From: the human T2T-CHM13v2.0 reference genome, Homo sapiens
Assembly: GCF_009914755.1 (NCBI RefSeq)
Contig: NC_060931.1
Direction: 5' to 3' (one strand)
Length of the DNA: 64,000 nucleotides
Part shown: one piece after another, positions 58,010 through 64,000 of the stretch
How the letters are laid out: each line of letters starts with the position of its first letter
Numbering within the stretch: the stretch's first letter is position 1
Notes under the pieces: generated by a model
Databases searched by the model: none
Seen by the model: the letters and a program-made list of their open reading frames with translations, nothing else
What the model was told of the DNA's origin: nothing
Translations under genes and position numbers: made by a program

Positions 58010-58660
58010 TAGATTTTAATCATTTGTTTATTCATCTAATTAATAAATATCATTTAAGAACTTTCTATGTGCTAGTCACTTTACAATGAACAAAAATATA
58101 CCAATTCATGAACATAATGGAGATTACAATCTAGTAGGAATAGATAATTAGCAAATATGCAAGTTTTCTATGTATATTAGGTGTAACATATAACCCATGT
58201 TATAATGTGTAACGTTAGGTAGTGACAAGTACTATGAAGAAAAATTAAGAAGAATATGAGAATAAAGAGAGAGAGAGAGAGTGAGAGAGAGAGAGAGAGC
58301 AGGGCTAGTTTTCTAGATGACAGGTCAGGGAAGGCCTTTCCGAGAAGATGGCATTTGAGCAGAGAGACCTGAAGGACGAGAGAGAATAAGCCATGCAGGT
58401 ATCTGTAGGACATATTGATGTCTGGATCAAGAAACGGTAAGTGCAAAGGCCCTGAGGTGGGAGTGTGCTTGAGAAGAATAAAGAGACCAGTGTGTCTGGA
58501 TGGAGTAAATGAAGAGGAGAGTAGAAGGAGATGAGGTCAGAGATGACCAAGAGTTAGCTAAGGTAAGTAATATAGGGTTCTGCCAATGTAAAGACTAGAT
58601 TTTATTTAAAATGTGGTTTGAAGCTATTGGAGGCTTTTAAGAAAGAAATGACATGACCTA
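58010..58660 (+). mobile_element. L2 fragment containing (GA)n at 58266-58299
   Basis: ggtcagggaaggcctttccgagaagatggcatttgagcagagagacctgaagga ... gcaaaggccctgaggtggga. Confidence 0.75.
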
Positions 58661-59684
58661 TTAAGAACCTTCTGTTGCTAAAGTAGATTTTTTTCCATTT
58701 CTGCCTTTGTCATCCTATCCTGCAGCATCGAGACAGGTGTCGGTTTTTCAAGCTTTCTTTTGCTTTTAGCAACATTAGCATGTGGGAAACAGTTTACATA
58801 GGCAGACATTCTCTCTCTGCCAAAGATATAATTAAGATTTCTGGGGCTTTATACAAAACTTCACAGAGAACTTGGAGTAGTTAAGTTTCTTCGGACTTCA
58901 AGTAAGAGAATCCCAATTCAGATTGCTTTACCAAACTCCTTGGAAAATAGTATGTCTTTTAGAATCCAAGGAAGAGGTGCTTCTAGGTCTTGGGAGACAG
59001 GGTTGCTCTGGGGCTGCAGCAGCAGCCAGTTGTGGTCCCTTTTCTGCAGTTCACATTATTGAGACCAGCAATCTCTAGGTCTTTTGATTTAAAAGTCCAA
59101 ATTGTTGACAGAAAGAATGTGATTGGCTCAGTTTAACCCAAACATCCTTAAGAAGGTAATGATAGTAGAAACACGACTGCTCTGAGAAGACCTCTGTGGG
59201 TGAGGTGTGGTTCCCGACAACAAGACACATCACGTACAGACAACCTTCTAGGGATGGCTCATGACTACTCTGTGGCCAATAACTAATATTCTTTGTGTGT
59301 ACACTTTGATGGAGTTAAGACCCCTAATGCAGCAGTGTCTATGCAGCTGCCTTGTCTCTCTGCTCTCTTTCTCTATAGAGAGTTGATATCCTAGGCATTT
59401 TGAGTGCCCTCTCCTTGATAGCAGGGGGCAGTTTTATCCCATTTTGTATTTTCTCCCACAAAATAAACAGCAGAACATATTATTGGTGTTTAATTTTGCT
59501 TTGTACTCTGTGATCCTTCATGATCCTGAAGCTGTCCTGCGATGATCTAAAACGGCAGGTTCTATTTTATATTCTTAAAAGATCGGTTGACAAGTCGGCA
59601 GGCAGATATAGTTTTATTACCAAGAAATGTTTCCCTGCTTTCACACGTACTGTTGTGCCAAGAACATGGAATTTAGAGTCAGGA

Positions 59685-60135
59685 GACTGTCTTAAGTATG
59701 GTTCCTGGGCAACCCTGAGATGGAGATTTGTGAGCAGGATGTTTACTGGGGATTGGTCTGGGGATCAGCACCTACAAGAGGTAAGGGAAGCAAGACTGGG
59801 CAGAAGGAGAAACTGAACTATGATGGAACTACAACAGATGCTTCAGCTGATCCTATAGGGATCTCTGGAACTAGGAAGGCCTTTCAATATTACCTAGAGT
59901 TGAAGCAAGGAGGCAGGCCTCTATATCTTACAGTGACTGACTAGTTGGGGGATAGCACCCAACCCTGGGGAGGATGCACAACTCTGGGGGATGCAGCTCC
60001 CTTAGGCCTAAGGCAATGCCCAGAGAGGGATGCATCTGTGAGCTGTCTGTCACCCATCCCACCAGCAGCTGAAAGAATGAGTGCTTTGCTCATGATGGGC
60101 AGGGTAGGGATAGGAAGGGTCTGGTTGTTCTCCAT
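59685..60135 (-). mobile_element. LTR33-like ERVL LTR
   Basis: ccctgagatggagatttgtgagcaggatgtttactgggg...ctgggcagaaggagaaactgaact. Confidence 0.55.
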
Positions 60136-61135
60136 ATAGCACCTATTCCAAAAACTTAGATTCCATTCTGCTCTACCATACTAGCCTGTGAGACCTTGGG
60201 CAAATCCTTTCTGTGAGTCATCATGGCCTCATTCAAAAACTATGAACCAAACCAAACCAACTAACCTCATTTTAAAAATAGGATTACATAAACAGTGTTG
60301 TGAGCACTGTTGAGGACACTTTCACTTATGGTATATTGTTTAGTTCTTCCTGTAACTCTGTGGCATGTCTGTTTTAGGCCAACTTTATGGATAAGGAGGC
60401 AGATCCTCAAAGAGGTGAAAGCAGTTTGCTTGAATTCATATGGAAAAAATCATATAGAAAGTGCAGTTCCAGATCTTTTGAAATTAAGTCCTTATTTTGG
60501 TCAATTTGCTAGAGCCTCCTCTCAGCAACAGAAATAACATTAATAATACTAATATTGGTAATGACAAATAATGTTTAATTTATATGGTTGTTAGGAGGAT
60601 TGAATGAAAGATATTTGTAAATTATAAGTTGCAGAAAAAAAAGTGAGTCAATATAAGTGTTCTTCAAAATTGCTTTTTTCCGTCAATAAGAAATGAGTAT
60701 GGTTTAATCAATCTTGTAAAGGTGAGGGAAAGTTTACCCGGGGTCCTGGAAAATCTCTGTCAGCCAACCTCTAAAAGGCACAGGGCATCATTCTGTTTCC
60801 AACTGGACCCTTTAATTGACATTTGGACCCTTCCGCTTCACTCTTTGAGAGCTTAAAAAATTCAGCTCACATATTCTGAGCTGCAGTTTATGAGGTCTGT
60901 GCTGTAGGGGAAGGACATGAAAGAAATTTTGTCTTTCAGGGATAAAAATAATACCAATTGGTGACAGTGACAGAACTCCACATACTGGAAGGAGAGGGAC
61001 ATTTCAAGAACCTTGCAACACCAGCAGAGCTTGGAGGCTCTGTGAGTCTAGTCCGATGCTTAAATTGTCAGTTGACTTACAGCACAGATGTCCAGTTAGT
61101 TTTTGAACTTTATGTGCTTTGATTCTCAGGATCAT

Positions 61136-61363
61136 GTTTTGTTTTTTGAGACAGTCTCACTCAAGCGATTCTCGTGCCTCAGCCTCCTGAGTAGCTGTGA
61201 CTATAGGCATCTATCACCACGCCTGGCTAGTTTTTGTGTTTTTAGTAGAGATGGGGTTTCACAATGTTGGCCAGGTTGGTCTCGAACTCCTGACCTTTAG
61301 TGATCCGCCCACCTCAGCCTCCCAAAGTGCTGGGATTACAGGCCTAAGCCACTGTGCCTGGCC
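61136..61363 (-). mobile_element. Alu with an internal right-arm deletion; TSD ctcagga(t/c)ca
   Basis: gagacagtctcactc joined directly to aagcgattctc. Confidence 0.9.
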
Positions 61364-62654
61364 CTCAGGACCAATTTTTAAAAGTTGAAGAAGTAATGGA
61401 AAATAATGAGTCTGTGTTGTCTCTACCAATTTGAAAAGACTGTCTGTATATGTAAGGTTTCTTTTTCCAAAGGCATGAAAGTATTTTATATGACACACAA
61501 AATCCAAAGGACACAAAGTTGTTTTGAACCCACACATGATCACAGACATATTTTAAGTCACTTTGTAAATGATTCATATTCATGAAACTTAATGCAAACT
61601 CAACAGCACATTTAAATTTAAGTTGAAATAGGCTGTCTCCACATTATTGTGAAAGCCTACTTTTACTCATCGTATAGTTACCTTGCTAGAAAATTGCATG
61701 TTGAGATGGAATTTTTACTTTCTCTTCTTTCTGGAAAATAATCAAATGCTGTTACTAGAGTGTACTATTTGGTCAAAAGTATTGCTCCATAAACATTAGG
61801 TCTGAAGTTCTAGGTTTTCCCATATTTATTTCCCCAGTCTGGATTCATTTAGTAAATTCCAGATTCCCCAGTGTACACTGCAATAGAGGTCAATGGATTC
61901 TCATGTCACTGGTTTGTTTACTTTTTATCTCCACTTGACCTAGATTAAAAAGTCAAGGTTTTTTGGTAAGAGAAATTATCTGAAAAGGAGCTGTAACATT
62001 TTGGTGATGGTTAAAATGAATCTAAAATTTCTATCTATGTAATTGTGGAGAGATTGGAGTCCAAAAGATTTGGTTAGTTTGTTTAATCACAGTTTCACTG
62101 CTTGGCTGCAACCATGGTATGAAAATGTGTCAATTAGGCCTGTGATTCTTATCATTCTGTGAGCCACTGTGGATGTAAATGACTGACTCATTTAATTATG
62201 CTTTGGATGTATAGACCTGGCTAACGTTTTGGATGTGATCTGGCATAATACATCAAATTGTAAAGCAATTCTGATATACATGTCACAACTAAAGACAATT
62301 CTGATTGTAGTTTGTAGCAGAGAAAAAATTCATAAATCTTAATAATTTTACTAATTAATAATTAGTGAATTTTGAACATGTTTTTATTTTCCCTTTTTGT
62401 TCCCAAGACTATTATTATCCTTTGACTCAGAATTGTAAACAAATGAAAGTGCTTTCTAGTGTAAAACGCAAACCACATTATATCAAGCACATTAAAAAAA
62501 TGCAATCTCATTTTCACTTTCTGAAGTATATAAACAATTGTTAACCTTAGGAATGGACATAATAACAGAAGCATCCTTTATGTGTGTGCTCTAGCCAGAA
62601 TTCCAAACTTAATCTGAAAAATGTAAATACAATTATCTATCTTATAACACAGGG

Positions 62655-62889
62655 TCAAGCTTCTCAACCTCGGCATTATTGACATTTTGGGCTGGATAAT
62701 TCTCTGTTGTGGGTGCTGTCCTGTGCTCTGTGGGATGTTCAGAAGCATCCTTGGCCTCTGTCCACAAGATGCCTATAGCACTACCAACCTCCCTACTTTA
62801 CCAGCTGTGATAACCGAAAATATCCCCAGACATTGCCAAACATCCAGGTGTGAAGGGAGGGGCAAGATTGTCCTCAGTGGAGAACCAGT
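62655..62889. mobile_element. MER20 hAT-Charlie element
   Basis: ttctcaacctcggcattattgacattttgggctggataattctctgttgtggg ... ccagacattgccaaa ... gagaacca. Confidence 0.85.
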
Positions 62890-64000
62890 GCATGGCTAGC
62901 TTTCCTGGGTTTCACAGTTTAATTCATTATTAAATTTTAAAGGCAGAATTCACCTATGGAAAATGTAGGAAAAATCTCTTTGCTGGGAAAATTTCCCCCC
63001 AAATAGGACTATATTATATATCTATACATCTCTCTGATAGATAGTGGCCAGAAAAAATGTCTTCTTGTAAACTTTCTAGGCCTATGATTCAGATACATTT
63101 AGAGGAACAGGGATTATAAAGCCTTTCTGTTTTCAGGGAGACAGAATTCAATGGCATATCTTTAAAATTATCGTTAAAGTAACGAAAGTATAAACTGAGT
63201 AATTCTCATATTGACTTCATCTCAAACAGGAAAATATCATTTAGATTTAGAGAGCAACAGGTTGTCAATAGCTTTGGGAAATCTCTAGGTGTACCTAAAT
63301 ATTTATGCCAAAGAGCTTGGGAGTAAAATTACGCCTCTGCACAATAATGCTGCAGTGGAGAATCATGTATTCATCCTTTTGTCCACATATTTTCTTATTT
63401 ATAGTATCCAAGTGTAGCATTGAGAGTATCATTATTGTTAATATGCCCCTGTCAACAAATCATCATGTATCCTGTTTTATTTTTCATTTTTTGTTTTTGG
63501 TAAGGTTATTTCTATTTCTATTTCTATTTCTCGAGAGTAAAATAAAAGTGAATTCACAATATATTAGCCTTAGGATTTATAACTTTTATGCATATATGAA
63601 AGTATGTGTGCATTGGCTCTTGGGAAGACACCCGTTTGCCTTAGTTCTTATGTGTATTTACAAGCACCTCCCCACCATGTCATCTGCCTAGGGCAGGTAT
63701 GCAGTCCATTAAAAGCAAAAATATTTTCAAGATCTGTTGAGTTTTAATTCAGCCAGAACCAGATTCTATATCAAAATGCATTTTAGAAGTCAGAGGATCC
63801 AAAAGTTACAATTTACAGTCATCTTCCTCTCTCCTGTCAATCTCGGGTTCAGCTGTGAATGCAGCAGTCTGACTTGGATAGCTGCTGCCTCTCCTCTTTT
63901 TGTGCTGCTCTGGCCTCCAGGATACCCATTCACACTTACAGCCACTTGCCTGCCCAGGACTCTCTGTGGAACTGCCCCATGTTAACTCTGAGCACCCGGG

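Noticed and set aside
59591-59602. 12-mer caagtcggcagg identical to the end of STEAP4 exon 2 in inverted orientation
   Set aside because: The similarity does not extend; it is compatible with chance in 64 kb.

Overview
This is human (primate) genomic DNA containing the complete coding region of STEAP4 (STAMP2/TNFAIP9, a six-transmembrane NADPH/FAD/heme metalloreductase) on the minus strand. A non-coding exon 1 (~29349-29247) lies in a CpG-island promoter with TATA-like, GC-box, C/EBP, STAT and NF-kB-like motifs. A ~22.5 kb first intron is followed by four coding exons (6725-6270, 5624-5097, 3535-3371, 2084-1854). All have GT-AG boundaries and phase 0, and they join into a 459-aa protein. The 3' UTR runs off the window start. 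This haplotype encodes Asp75 and Thr122, where I recall Gly75 and Ala122 in the reference protein. The remaining ~35 kb upstream has no recognisable protein-coding gene and is a mosaic of Alu, L1, L2, MIR, DNA-transposon fossils and LTRs (LTR7, MER4A, MER52, MSTA, MLT1). The other ORFs in the track are repeat-derived or chance. I found no evidence of a wholly new biological system. The best leads are transposon-derived regulatory layers on STEAP4: (1) a candidate 99-nt 5' UTR exon built across a MIR/LTR junction and carrying a uORF; (2) a sense-oriented, internally deleted LTR8 provirus in intron 1 with a tRNA-Pro PBS and splice donor but no intact poly(A) signal; (3) a near-perfect ARE/GRE inside an old L1; (4) an intronic poly(A) route to a truncated 339-aa protein; (5) a candidate antisense exon. 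Repeat subfamily names come from recalled consensus sequences, and boundaries without TSDs are approximate.
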